Shown piece after piece: positions 1-11,632 of a stretch of 64,000 nt of DNA. The notes beneath the pieces were generated by a model. It worked only from the letters and a program-made list of their open reading frames with translations. It was not told where the DNA came from and did no database searches. Both the position numbers and the translations under genes were made by a program. This DNA is from an uncultured Hormoscilla sp. (GTDB lineage: Bacteria > Cyanobacteriota > Cyanobacteriia > Cyanobacteriales > Desertifilaceae), in the NCBI GenBank assembly GCA_963921275.4, contig OZ001293.3, forward strand, positions 4,448,001 to 4,512,000. The letters are read 5' to 3'. The first letter of the stretch is position 1. Every line of letters begins with the position of its first letter.

Positions 1-86
1 ACAAGGGGGCACCCCCTTTGGTAAAATACACTTCTGTGTTCATCATCCATACAAACTGCGTACTTCATATATAGAGGTTGATTGTC

Positions 87-920
87 ATGAGGTATCGTGC
101 CTTAATTGTTGCCATTCTGGTATTGTGTTTGACTGCGATCGCGGCTTGTAGTGAAGGTCCTACAGCTGACAGTACAAAGCAACTTACCTACGACGATATC
201 AAAAACACAGGTCTAGCCAATAACTGTCCAGAATTGCTGGGACCAGGCCGTGGTTCAATTGCCATCGATCGGGGCCAGACCTATATCATGAGCGATCTGT
301 GCTTGCAGCCGACCAGCTTCTTCGTCAAGGAAGAAGCCTCTAATCCCCGGCAAGAGACAGAATTTGTTCCGGGCAAACTATTGACCCGCTACACTTCCAC
401 CCTAACCCAGATCCTGGGCACGGTGACATCTAACCCCGACAATAGCCTGACCTTTGTCGAAGAAGATGGTATCGATTTCCAACCAGTTACTGTGCAACTG
501 CCTGGTGGCGAGCAAGTGCCTTTCTTCTTCACGATTAAAGGACTCGTGGCCAAAAGCCAACCGGGTATGGAGAGCATCAATAGCTCGACTGACTTTGAAG
601 GGGGATTTTACGTGCCTTCCTATCGGGGTGCTACATTTTTGGATCCCAAAGGTCGCGGCGTAGCCACCGGTTATGACAATGCCGTGGCTCTGCCAGCAGG
701 TGCGGATGCTGAGGACTTAACTCTTGCCAATGTCAAGCGGGCTGAGATCCGCAATGGCAAGATTTCCCTAGGAATCAACAAGGTTGACAGCACCACTGGC
801 GAAGTTGCGGGCACCTTCGAGAGCGAACAGCCCTCAGATACAGATTTGGGAGCCCAAGAACCTGTGGATGTGAAGATTCGCGGCAATTTTTACGCCATTG
901 TGCAACCAGAAGAAGTGTAA
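87..920 (+). CDS. psbO: Photosystem II manganese-stabilising protein
   Basis: Signal peptide MRYRALIVA; LTYDDIKNTGLANNCP, DGIDFQPVTVQLPGGE, VPSYRGATFLDPKGRG, SEQPSDTDLG motifs; ATG at 87 preferred to TTG at 78. Confidence 0.97.
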   Translation: MRYRALIVAILVLCLTAIAACSEGPTADSTKQLTYDDIKNTGLANNCPELLGPGRGSIAIDRGQTYIMSDLCLQPTSFFVKEEASNPRQETEFVPGKLLTRYTSTLTQILGTVTSNPDNSLTFVEEDGIDFQPVTVQLPGGEQVPFFFTIKGLVAKSQPGMESINSSTDFEGGFYVPSYRGATFLDPKGRGVATGYDNAVALPAGADAEDLTLANVKRAEIRNGKISLGINKVDSTTGEVAGTFESEQPSDTDLGAQEPVDVKIRGNFYAIVQPEEV

Positions 921-950
921 ATCATCATCTATAACTCCCAAATAAGTAGG

Positions 951-1078
951 CAGGGCGAACGCATCTTATTCTTGAAATGCTTACAGGGCAAGGGTTTCAG
1001 GATTTAAAGTATTTATACTGATCAAATTCTCAAACCCTTGCTGGGAAAGGCTTCCGGAATTTAGATGCGTTTTCCCTG
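951..1078. mobile_element. 128-bp MITE
   Basis: Inverted ends CAGGGCGAACGCATCT / AGATGCGTTTTCCCTG; 10-bp direct repeat AATAAGTAGG on both sides (941-950, 1079-1088). Confidence 0.85.
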
Positions 1079-1175
1079 AATAAGTAGGTGAACCGACTTA
1101 TTTACACATTACTTTCTTGCAGGATATGGCGCTTCGCGCTACGCTAATTTTCAAGAAAATTTCGGGGGGCAGCAG

Positions 1176-1859
1176 ATGGAGAAAGTATCGGATATGATAT
1201 GGGTAGGGATACTGGCTGTGTTAATGGGTGGCTGCGGTTTGTTGGATGGTGGCGATCGCAAACTAGATGCAGCAAGCTCGCCAGCACTGGCTCCAAAGAA
1301 AGCAGCAGCAAAATCTGAGCCAGAGCCAGAACCAGAGGAGACTGTAGAGCCTTTGCCTTCAGCACCAGATTTGATTCAGTCCACAAATGCAGAACAGCGA
1401 ATTAGAGAGATAGAGCAGTCTGAAGGACAGCAACGGGACCCATTTAATGTCGTGAGCTTGCCGCCGATAGTCGAGCTTCCTGAAGCTCCTCCTACAACAA
1501 GAAACCCTGGTGAGGAAGTGCCGCCCAGACTGGAACCGATAATATTCCCCACTCTCCCGCAAATGGAACCACTGCCCCCGATCGGGAAGTTATCGATAGC
1601 ACCAGCAAAAGCGGAAATAGCGACGGCGGTGACGGTTTCGGGAGTGATGGAATTAGGGGGTGAAAGATCGGCAATTGTGACGGCACCGGATGAACCGAAC
1701 AGACTGGTGAAAGTTGGCGATCGGTTTGCTTCTGGAGCAGTCCTAGTTAAGCGCATAGAAATCAGCAGATTTGATAAGCCAGTGGTAATTATAGAGGAAA
1801 ATGGGTATGAGGTGGCAAGAGAATTGGGAGAAAAACCCTCATCCGAAGAGCAGCCATAG
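1176..1859 (+). CDS. Proline-rich putative lipoprotein, possibly type IV pilus accessory (PilP-like)
   Basis: Hydrophobic N-terminus with GGC lipobox-like Cys, RDPF motif, C-terminal VTVSGVMELGGERSAIV...VKVGDRF domain. Confidence 0.55.
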   Translation: MEKVSDMIWVGILAVLMGGCGLLDGGDRKLDAASSPALAPKKAAAKSEPEPEPEETVEPLPSAPDLIQSTNAEQRIREIEQSEGQQRDPFNVVSLPPIVELPEAPPTTRNPGEEVPPRLEPIIFPTLPQMEPLPPIGKLSIAPAKAEIATAVTVSGVMELGGERSAIVTAPDEPNRLVKVGDRFASGAVLVKRIEISRFDKPVVIIEENGYEVARELGEKPSSEEQP

Positions 1860-1907
1860 GAGTTATGGGCTTGGAGGCAATTAGAAATGAACAATTATCG
1901 ATGAACA

Positions 1908-2635
1908 ATGAACAATTACCATCGAAAATTAGAGCTCGCCATATTGCTAGCTTTAAGTTGGGAGATTGCTAGCTATTTTACTAATGGGATGCCAGTTTGG
2001 GGGCAAGCAGGAACGGAAGAGTTGACCCCTACTTGTCAACCTAACATTCTTACGGGTAGGGTGAAATGCAATTATCCCATTGGCGACAATTTTGAGGGAG
2101 ACCTGGTGAATGGGATAATCGAGGGTAGGGGAGTGTATGTATACGCCAATGGGAACCGCTACGAGGGAGAGTTCCGCAATGGCAAGCTTCATGGCAGGGG
2201 ATTATTTATCAGTGCAGATGATGCCCGCTTCGAGGGACTGTTTGAGAATGGCACGATTAAAAACGGGACAGTTGTTTTTCCTAATGGCAACCGCTACGAG
2301 GGTGAATTCGTTCAAGAAGTTGGCACTGATATAATCATGAGTCAACCAAGTGGTAAGAGGAGATTTATATTTAACGATGGCAGTCGCTACGAGGGTGAAT
2401 TATTCGCTGGTCAAATTTTTGGCATGGGGGTACTCACGCGCCCAGATGGGACTAGCTGCACAGGACGGTTCTTTAATCAGAATCTGGACGCGAGAGTGGT
2501 TTGTACATTCGGAAACGGGAGTAGCTATGAAGGGGAGAGTTGCGCAGAGGACTACCTCATGGAGAAGGGACGATGATAGATGCCAATGGTCGGCGCTTTT
2601 CAGGATATTTTCGTGATGGTAAGTTGGTTGAGTAA
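1908..2635 (+). pseudogene. MORN-repeat protein with frameshifted C-terminus
   Basis: YxNGNRYEGEF repeats; after ggggagagttg (~2536) the last repeat continues in another frame (LRRGLPHGEGTMIDANGRRFSGYFRDGKLVE*, stop 2633-2635). Confidence 0.75.
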
Positions 2636-2716
2636 GATTACGGCCAAGTCAAGCTTGAGACAGTCTGAGGCTGTAAGCGCTAAGGTGGAAAAATACCTTG
2701 ATTAAGTGGTGATGCC

Positions 2717-3119
2717 ATGACTAATGCGGCTTCTGTTGAGGAAAATACTGGTGGGTTTGTACCTGATGCCAGACAGGATGCTGATTTGCTTAGAGAACTG
2801 GGCTTTATCCCAGGCTTAAAGGAAATCCTGATGTTGCGACAGGTTCATGCTTTGGAACATGCTACGGTTTGGGTACTGAGTGAAGGTGCTGGATCTTCTG
2901 ATTCTGTCCGGACAGCAGATAATCAGCTGTTGGGTGGGATGTCTACGGAGAGGGGCTTCTATCTTTACGGTGATGTGGCTACAGCTGACCTGCAGCGGGC
3001 CGTGCATGGGGCTTTAAGGCGGATTACTACCGATGGCTACGACCTGGCGGTGCATCCCCGCTGTGGCACGAATCTGTCGATGTTGATGCTGCTGACGGCG
3101 GGTATGGGTTTTGGTATAA
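2717..3119 (+). CDS. DUF6391-like protein, exon 1 (split by group II intron)
   Basis: RQVHALEHATVWVL and LAVHPRCGTNLS motifs; ends GGT ATA A directly before the intron start GTGCG. Confidence 0.85.
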
Positions 3120-3357
3120 GTGCGATTCGTTTAGCGTAAACTAACTTGACACAAGTCAAGGAGGGGGACCGCTACCGGGATTTCGTAAGTCCCGAGAACT
3201 TACAGGTGATGGTGGTGAAAGCCCGCCCCTCCAGGTGCAGGAGTGACAGCACCCTCCCCACGGTAGCGATGGCATCAATCCGTGAAGCGGGAAGGAAAGG
3301 CGCTATGGCTGGGAGCCTAGACCGGTCATCGTCGAGCAAGTAACTATGATGAGCGTA

Positions 3358-4191
<834 letters not shown>

Positions 4192-4554
4192 TAAGCGAAG
4201 GTTTGCAACGTCGTAAAGCCTATCCAGTGTAATAAGGCTGATACACTGGCCCAAAAAGGGAAAGGATACTGGTCATTGGCGGATGTATACCCGACCAATA
4301 AGCACTGACAATAAACCCGGCGTAGAGAACCCGTCTAAGGTTACGACCAATCATCTGTAGGAACGAAGTAACCCGGTTGTAGCACTCTCCATCACCGGTC
4401 GATAGATGGAGTAGCCACCACAGGCGTAACATCTGCTCTCCGGAAGGCAGGACGCAACTGGGGGAGATTGAGTGGAGAAGCAAATGCCTGTCTGTAATGG
4501 ATAGGATAAGCTGACGCCCTCACGGTCTCGTCAATTGTGAAGTTGTAAGTAGTA

Positions 4555-7222
4555 GTGAATATGTCACGGAACTTAGTCGAAAGACAAGAGTATGAATGGA
4601 AGACTGTCGCCTGGCGAAAGCTGGAAAGGATAGTTTTTAAGCTGCAAAAGCGAATTTACAGAGCGGCACTGGAAGGTAATAAGCAGAAGGTTCGTAAGCT
4701 CCAAGGATTACTAAATAGGTCATGGTCCGCGAAGATGATAGCGGTACGGCAGGTAACACAACAAAACCAGGGAAAGAAGACGGCTGGTGTGGATGGTGTG
4801 AAAGCACTGACCCCAAAAGAACGTATCGAACTGGTAGGTCAAATCAAAGTTACTCGAAAGGCGAAGGCAAAAGCCACACGAAGAGTGTGGATACCGAAGC
4901 CACGAAGGGAGGAGAAGCGGCCATTAGGAATACCAACGATGCACGACCGCGCACTTCAGGGATTGGTTAAAGAAGCGCTAGAGCCTGAATGGGAAGCGTA
5001 TATGGAAGCCAATTCCTACGGGTTTAGACCAGGTAGGGGATGTCATGATGCAGTTGCAGCGATATTCGCTAGCATCAGTCAAAAATCGAAATGGGTGTTA
5101 GATGCGGATATTGCGAAGTGTTTCGACGAAATTGACCATTCCGCGCTCCTAAAGAAATTGAATACTACGTCACCAATCCGTAAACAAATACGGGCATGGC
5201 TAAAAGCTGGGGTGATGGACCGGGGAAGGATGGAATCCACAGAAGCCGGAACTCCCCAAGGTGGGGTTATATCTCCATTACTAGCCAATATAGCTTTACA
5301 TGGGCTGGAAGGGGTAGTAATGGGTCTCGCTCACACAAAAAGAGAGAAGGAGAAGTTAACCGTAGTAAGATATGCGGATGACTTTGTGGTAATACATAAT
5401 GACCGGTCGATGATTGAGGAAGCTCAAGGAGTGATTGAGGAGTGGTTGAAGGGAATAGGGCTGGAGCAAAAAGCCGAGAAAACGAAGATATCCCACACAT
5501 TGGAAGGAGAGAGCCCTGGATTTGACTTCTTAGGGTTCAATATCCGACAATATAAAGTAGGGAAACACAGAAGCGGCAAACTCTGTAACGGAACCCCCCT
5601 AGGATTCAAGACCCTAATCAAGCCTAGCGATAAATCCATAAGGAATCATAAAGAGCAGCTATCAGAGATAGTTCGCCGCCATAAAGGGGCACCGCAAACG
5701 GCCTTAATAGCAAGACTAAACCCGATGATAAGGGGATGGAGCAACTATTATAGGACGGTGGTAAGTAAAGAAACTTACAGCTCTATGGATAACTACTTAT
5801 GGAAGTTGTTATGGCGATGGGCAAAGAGAAGACATCCTAACAAAACGGGCAAATGGATTGCTAGTAAGTACTGGGGTATGACCGGGAAAGACCGGTGGAG
5901 GTTCGCTGGCAAGTCTAAAGAAGATGGAGGAATGAAGCTAAACCGATACTCTGAAACTGAAATAATCGGATGGGGTCGAGCCGGGAATCGCTTCCCGACC
6001 CTCCCTTTCGGAACCGGACTTGCGATTTTCACCGCATCCGGCTACTGGGTACTAGGCCCTTTTCATAGGTAGACTTAATAGGAATTACTTCCGTTAGCCC
6101 TTGCCGCCTGTCTTTTCTTCCCTTTCCTGGTTTAGCGAGTGGTTGTTCTGATAACCGTTAGTATCACCATTTTCAAGTCAGTTTTACCAGTTATCCATAC
6201 CTTATCCTCCACTTGCGTTTCGGATTAGTTCCGTGGCTTTTTAGGATTACTCATTCCAGCAGCTTCCTAGTATCACCGACCCACGTCAGCGCTGGCTACC
6301 CAGCATCATCTACATTACTGTAGATGTTATCCCAGGAATTACCCCGGGCATTCGCTTCTTGGGCCATCCCTCCCCCCGTGGCTTGCGCTTAACATCTAAC
6401 TTGTCCTGATGGACAGCACACGAGAGGTTACTTCGTTCCCTAACAACATTTCGCGATACCTTTAGGTCCACACTATACCCCGGGAGCTATTTGAGTACTA
6501 TATTAGCCAGAGTCTAAAACTAATACTAGCTACCATTTCCTTTTTAGGCCAGCGCATATAGCCTTATTTCGCTGGTTCCTTATAACGAGGCTTGCACATG
6601 TTTGCCTGCTCTAACCTTGGATATCTTTCCTAGCGGCGTCACCGGCTTAGGCTGCCAGTTATCCTACATTTGAGTCCTCGCTTAGCACCACGATGATGTC
6701 GCTTCGTAGCACCGAGGACCGGTATCACCCCCGTACCTGGGGGGAGGGGAATTTAACCCCCATGCGGTCAGAGTTCCCGGCTAATGAAACCGGGCTAGCG
6801 TTCCGTGTTTGACCACGTTAGGCTAGAACGAATCGCACAGACACGTAAAGGTTAAGGGGACAGCTAGCCCGTTTGACGGTAATCTGGTTTATTGGAGCAA
6901 AAGACTGAGAAAAAGCCCGGATGTGAGCGCTAGAGTTATCAGACTGCTAAAAGAGCAGGATGGTAAGTGTGTGCACTGCGGACTGAAATTCAAAGATGGC
7001 GACAAATGGGAGGTTGACCATATTCTACCAGTTTCTAAAGGAGGTAAAGACTGGTATACCAACCTACAGTTGCTGCATGATTATTGCCATGATGTAAAGT
7101 CTGCCAGAGATGGTGACAAAGGCCGTATCCATGACAAGGATGGCGAAACTGAGGAGCCGGATGAGGTGAAAGTCTCACGTCCGGTTCTGAAGACGAGTCG
7201 GCGGGGTGACCCGTTGGCTTAG
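4555..7222 (+). pseudogene. Group II intron-encoded protein (RT, X, D, HNH endonuclease) interrupted by an antisense intron
   Basis: RPLGIPT, SYGFRPGR, GTPQGGVISPLLANI, RYADD, GFDFLGF, GWSNYY; after 6838 the frame resumes RHVKVKGTASPFDG...CVHCG...EVDHILP...NLQLLHDYCH. Confidence 0.95.
5968..6838 (-). mobile_element. 871-nt ORF-less group II intron, copy A (antisense inside the RT ORF)
   Basis: Reverse complement of 60792-61662; removal restores ATA ATC|AGA CAC (ETEII-RHVKVK). Confidence 0.95.
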
Positions 7223-7228
7223 TTTAAT

Positions 7229-7443
7229 CTATGTTGCTGCCTAAAGGTCCGATGGATCAATTGTTGGGTTTTGGCATTGCGGCTACGGCGGCGGCCTTGC
7301 TGACTCCGGATCTGGGTGTGGTAGCTCAGCGATACGTGACGACGGCGATTCCTTTTAATCTGGAAATAGCCCAAATCTTGGCAAGACAGGACTTCTGGGG
7401 GCGCCCTACCCATTTTGTGGAGGTGCGATGGCAGGAAAGTTAA
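7229..7443 (+). CDS. DUF6391-like protein, exon 2
   Basis: In frame with exon 1 after splicing; QRYVTTAIPFNL...DFWGRPTHFVEVRW. Confidence 0.85.
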
Positions 7444-7532
7444 CAAAACTTAAAATAGGGAATGCTCCCAGAGGTACCTTCGAGTAGTAGGCTGAAAAAC
7501 AAACCATCAAGTTCAATAAGGGAAAGGCACTC

Positions 7533-7757
7533 ATGGTTCAACGTGGTTCTAAGGTGAGGATTCTCCGGAAAGAATCTTACTGGTATCAGGATGTAGGCAC
7601 GGTGGCTTCGATCGACAAGAGCGGTATTAAGTATCCAGTGATTGTCCGGTTCGACAGGGTAAACTATACTGGCTTTAGTGGCAGCCCCTCTGGCGTGAAC
7701 ACTAATAACTTTGCGGAGAGCGAACTGGTTGAGGTTGCACCTCCGAAGAAGAAATAA
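7533..7757 (+). CDS. psaE: Photosystem I subunit IV
   Basis: [28 protein letters not shown]...GVNTNNFA. Confidence 0.98.
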   Translation: MVQRGSKVRILRKESYWYQDVGTVASIDKSGIKYPVIVRFDRVNYTGFSGSPSGVNTNNFAESELVEVAPPKKK

Positions 7758-7772
7758 AGACGAGACGAAGTC

Positions 7773-8627
7773 GTGCCGGAACTGCCGGAGGTAGAAACGG
7801 TCCGCCAGGGCCTCAATCAGTTGACCCTGGCTCAGCTAGTATTGGGTGGGGAGGTTTTGCTCGATCGCGCGATCGCCCACCCAATTTCTGTGGCCAGTTT
7901 CCTGAATGGACTCCAAGGAGTGGCGATCGCTCATTGGCATAGGCGCGGCAAATATTTACTAGCAGAGTTAAAAATAGAACAGAATAATGGGGAAGAAGGA
8001 GGGTGGTTGGGGGTTCACCTGCGGATGACGGGTCAGCTGTTGTGGGTGGAGAGAACGGAACCGTTGCAGAAACATACGCGGGTGCGGCTGTTTTTTGCTT
8101 CGGAAAAGGAATTGCGGTTTGTGGATCAGCGTACTTTCGGTCAGCTGTGGTGGGTATCCCCGAGGGAAAAGCCGGAAACAATTATTACAGGACTGCAAAA
8201 GTTGGGACCAGAACCTTGGGCCGCAGAGTTCTCAGTAGCATATATGACAGAGAAATTGGGAAAGAGTCGGCGTCCGATTAAAACGATGCTGCTGGATCAA
8301 GGATTTGTGGCAGGTATTGGTAATATTTATGCAGATGAAGCTCTGTTCCTGAGTGGGATCCCACCCCTGAGGAGTTGCCAGGATTTGATTCCAGAGCAAA
8401 TTGAGGGCCTGAGAAGGGCGATCGTGCAGGTTTTGGAAGCAGCGATGGATGCTGGAGGCACTACTTTTAGTAATTTTCTCAATGTGCTGGGAGTGAATGG
8501 TAATTATGGGGGAGTGGCCTGGGTGTATAATCGGGCGGGAAAACCTTGTCGGGTCTGCGGAACGCTAATTCAGCGACAAAAGTTGGCGGGGAGATCGACT
8601 CATTTTTGTCCCCAATGTCAGAAATAG
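7773..8627 (+). CDS. mutM: Formamidopyrimidine-DNA glycosylase
   Basis: MPELPEVE, HLRMTG, GIGNIYADE, C-terminal zinc finger CRVC...FCPQCQ. Confidence 0.98.
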   Translation: MPELPEVETVRQGLNQLTLAQLVLGGEVLLDRAIAHPISVASFLNGLQGVAIAHWHRRGKYLLAELKIEQNNGEEGGWLGVHLRMTGQLLWVERTEPLQKHTRVRLFFASEKELRFVDQRTFGQLWWVSPREKPETIITGLQKLGPEPWAAEFSVAYMTEKLGKSRRPIKTMLLDQGFVAGIGNIYADEALFLSGIPPLRSCQDLIPEQIEGLRRAIVQVLEAAMDAGGTTFSNFLNVLGVNGNYGGVAWVYNRAGKPCRVCGTLIQRQKLAGRSTHFCPQCQK

Positions 8628-8719
8628 TCAGTGGTTAGTGGTTAGTGGTTAGTTGTATTGATGGTTGCAGTATGTCAAAATGCGTAAGTATAGTGATTTA
8701 GAGAATAGATCGAGAAGTA

Positions 8720-8941
8720 ATGGCAGATACAATCAAGAAGGGTTCGTTGGTTCGCGCCGTTCGCGAAAAGTTGGAAAATAGTCTGGAAGCTAAGGCTAGC
8801 GACTCGCGCTTCTCGTCTTATATCTTTAAAACTAAAGGCGAGGTGATGGATACGCGGGGAGACTATGCCTTGGTAAAGTTTGGGTTCGTGCCGACGCCGA
8901 ATATTTGGTTGCGCATCGACCAGTTGGAAATATTTGAGTAA
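8720..8941 (+). CDS. ndhO: NDH-1 subunit O
   Basis: [27 protein letters not shown]...[13 protein letters not shown]. Confidence 0.95.
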   Translation: MADTIKKGSLVRAVREKLENSLEAKASDSRFSSYIFKTKGEVMDTRGDYALVKFGFVPTPNIWLRIDQLEIFE

Positions 8942-9110
8942 ATTTATGGCCAAAGCCCACAGACAGCAAGTCTGGGGCTAGGGGCCAATCGGGCCTGGGA
9001 AGCACTATTCGTGCTTACTACGAACGGTTTTGAGACTTGACTCAGTTCACAAACCAGTTCAGATGGATTATGATTAGTTTATACTAAAACAATCAAGCAA
9101 GAAAATTGAT

Positions 9111-9800
9111 ATGGCATCAACGACAGGTCTACAAGGCACTGAATTACAAGCCAAAACCCGCGTCCTGCTGACATTGTGGCAGATGGGAGGGGCTGAGGAG
9201 AAAGTGAAGAAAAGTGAACTGACGACTCGAAGTAAGCGGAGTAGGGAGAAGGCTGGAGATTATAAGGACATTTTTAACGATTTACAGGAAGCTGGGGCGA
9301 TCGCGATCGTCACGGAAAAGCGAGTGGCGAAGGTGTCCCTGACAGAGAAAGGTAAGCAAATTCTCGGGGAAGGACTGAAAAACCCTGATTTGAGCTTTGA
9401 TGGCAATAAAGTTGGCTCAAAGGTGGTGAATGCGAGGGTGGTGAATGCGTTGCTGAACTGGCATCGCCAGTCCGATGCTAATGTACCGACTGCGCTGGTG
9501 ACAGAGAAAGAGGGGGCGATCGCCTCTTATGAAGACTTCAAGTCGAAAGTCCTGGCCCTGTTCGAGAAACTGGACAAAGGCTACAACTACGGCGGTCTTG
9601 TCCCCATCTGGCATCTGCGTCGGGAAATAGGAGAGGGCGTCGGTCGCGAGCAATTTAACGAATGGATGATGGAAATGCAGGCACAGAAGTTGTTCTATCT
9701 GCAAAGCGGCGAGGCCCGTGGAGCTACTGATGACCAGAAACAAGATTCAATTACCAGTGAAGTTCGAGGACTTTTGTTTTACGCTAGCCAACCATCTTGA
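9111..9800 (+). CDS. Hypothetical protein, probable winged-helix DNA-binding protein
   Basis: 229-aa ORF; helix/wing-like LQEAGAI...VSLTEKG; C-terminal GLVPIWHLRREIG; first gene of a three-gene run. Confidence 0.6.
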   Translation: MASTTGLQGTELQAKTRVLLTLWQMGGAEEKVKKSELTTRSKRSREKAGDYKDIFNDLQEAGAIAIVTEKRVAKVSLTEKGKQILGEGLKNPDLSFDGNKVGSKVVNARVVNALLNWHRQSDANVPTALVTEKEGAIASYEDFKSKVLALFEKLDKGYNYGGLVPIWHLRREIGEGVGREQFNEWMMEMQAQKLFYLQSGEARGATDDQKQDSITSEVRGLLFYASQPS

Positions 9801-9816
9801 ACTACGGAGAGAAAAC

Positions 9817-11630
9817 ATGACTGAACCCTATCAGTTGTTTGCAGAGGCCCGTCAGCAAGGACCAAATCCTTTCAGACTGGAAACGGTTATCTCCGATCAA
9901 GAGGTTTGGGGTAAGGTGTTGACGGACCTTCCCAACCTAAATCAGCATATTGATGAAACGATATACCAGGCAATTTCTGAGGTTCGCCAAAAGGATTCCC
10001 GCAAGATTGGCATTGCCATTGAGGGCGATCGCGGAACGGGAAAAAGCCATGCAATCCATCGGATATGGAAAAATATTGAAGGGGAAGGCGGGGCAGTATT
10101 TGCCTACATACCTCCCTATACAAATCCCCGTTTCATTAACTCTCATGTCCGGTTTTATCTGTGCGAGAGTTTCAAGCATCAAGACCGACAGGGTGCCAGT
10201 CAATGGCAGAAGCTGTCTACCGCAGTCATCGCTACCTTAAAAGACACGGACTTTGAACAAGAGTATCAAGAGTACTTGGAAATTGTCGATCGACCAGAAA
10301 ACCTCAGAAAATACATTAAGAAAAAGATCGCCAAGGACAATTTGCTGAATTGGATAATGGATCTGGTTGATATTGTATTGTGGAAATAAAACCGGAACTG
10401 GATCCTGATTTTGTCAAGGCAGTCTTGTTCTTGCTGTTCAAGAACGATCGCCACGGCACGGCAGCGTTAGCATGGATTAAAGGGGAAGATCACCCCAATA
10501 TTAAAGATTTACTGGGTTTGCCCGAATATTCGGTACAAGATGAAAGGTCTATCTGGATGATGGAGCAGATTTGCAAAGTTGCTGAAGTTGCTGCACTACC
10601 TGTACTGATTTGCTTTGACCAGTTAGATAGTGCCCAACCAGATGCTGAAACTGGGGATAGTCCGGCATAAACAGTGGCTAGGTGTATCGATCGCATTTAT
10701 ATGCAGTGCAGTAATTTGATTGTCATCTGTTGCGTCATCAGCGATACCTGGAGGGAAATTAAGCAAATGGGAAGTGGTATCCCCGATCGGGTGGGTCAAC
10801 GGTCGGTAATGGCCAAACCTCCGACAGACGAACAGATAATAGAGATTGTCCAAAGCAGGTTGAATTGGTTTTACCTAAAGCACAATCTTCAGGCCGAAGA
10901 CTATCCGGATTTATATCCTTTAGAGTCAAGTCAAATTAGGAATCTTGCCCGGGAAAGTGCCAGCGTTCGCTCTCTGCTGGAAAAGTGCGCCCAAATATTT
11001 GAGGCAGTCGAAGTTGATAAGCAAAGCCAAGTCAGAAATGAAGGAGAAAATAGACAGCAAAAATTAATGGATATTTATCACGATCTCCTCGATAGAGTTG
11101 ATGATTGCCAGCTAAATGATGACAATTTAGCAGCAATTATCGCTCAAAACATCAGAATGCTGCCGGAAGGAGGAACGGCCTTCGTGGTCGTCGATCGAGT
11201 TGAAGAGGTTAATAATTCATCCCACGATATCCAGTTCACTATATCTGGGTACGATCAATTTCGTCAAAAGGAAGTAAAAATTGGGGTGAAAGTTTGTGAG
11301 GCGGAAAATGGGAAGACCTTTAATGCAGTCATGAAGCGACTGCTGAACTACGAAAAACATCAGATGACCCGTGGTTGCTTAGTGCGTTATCATGAAGTGC
11401 CGAAAAACTGGAAGAAAGGTAAACAGCTAGAGCAGGAACTGGTGGCGGAAAAAGGCGGAAAAGTGGTTCTTTGGGAACAAGAAGGAATCTTGCCTTTAGT
11501 TGCGCTCAAGAGAATCTACGATGAAGCAGAGGAATATGGCTTTGCAAAAGAGGAGGTAAGCAATCTCGTCAAGGATTTAAAATTAGAGGTTGACAATCAA
11601 CTAATTCATCAGATTCTCAGGGATGGGTAA
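9817..11630 (+). pseudogene. P-loop ATPase with two lesions
   Basis: Walker A GDRGTGKS, Walker B LICFDQLD; frameshift at ~10380 (ATTGT apparently duplicated) and in-frame TAA at 10668-10670. Confidence 0.85.
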
Positions 11631-11632
11631 AG

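Noticed and set aside
4555..6072. DGR, retron or defence-associated RT
   Set aside because: The RT sits inside a full group II ribozyme with X and HNH domains; no template/variable repeat pair with adenine-specific differences and no msr-msd were seen
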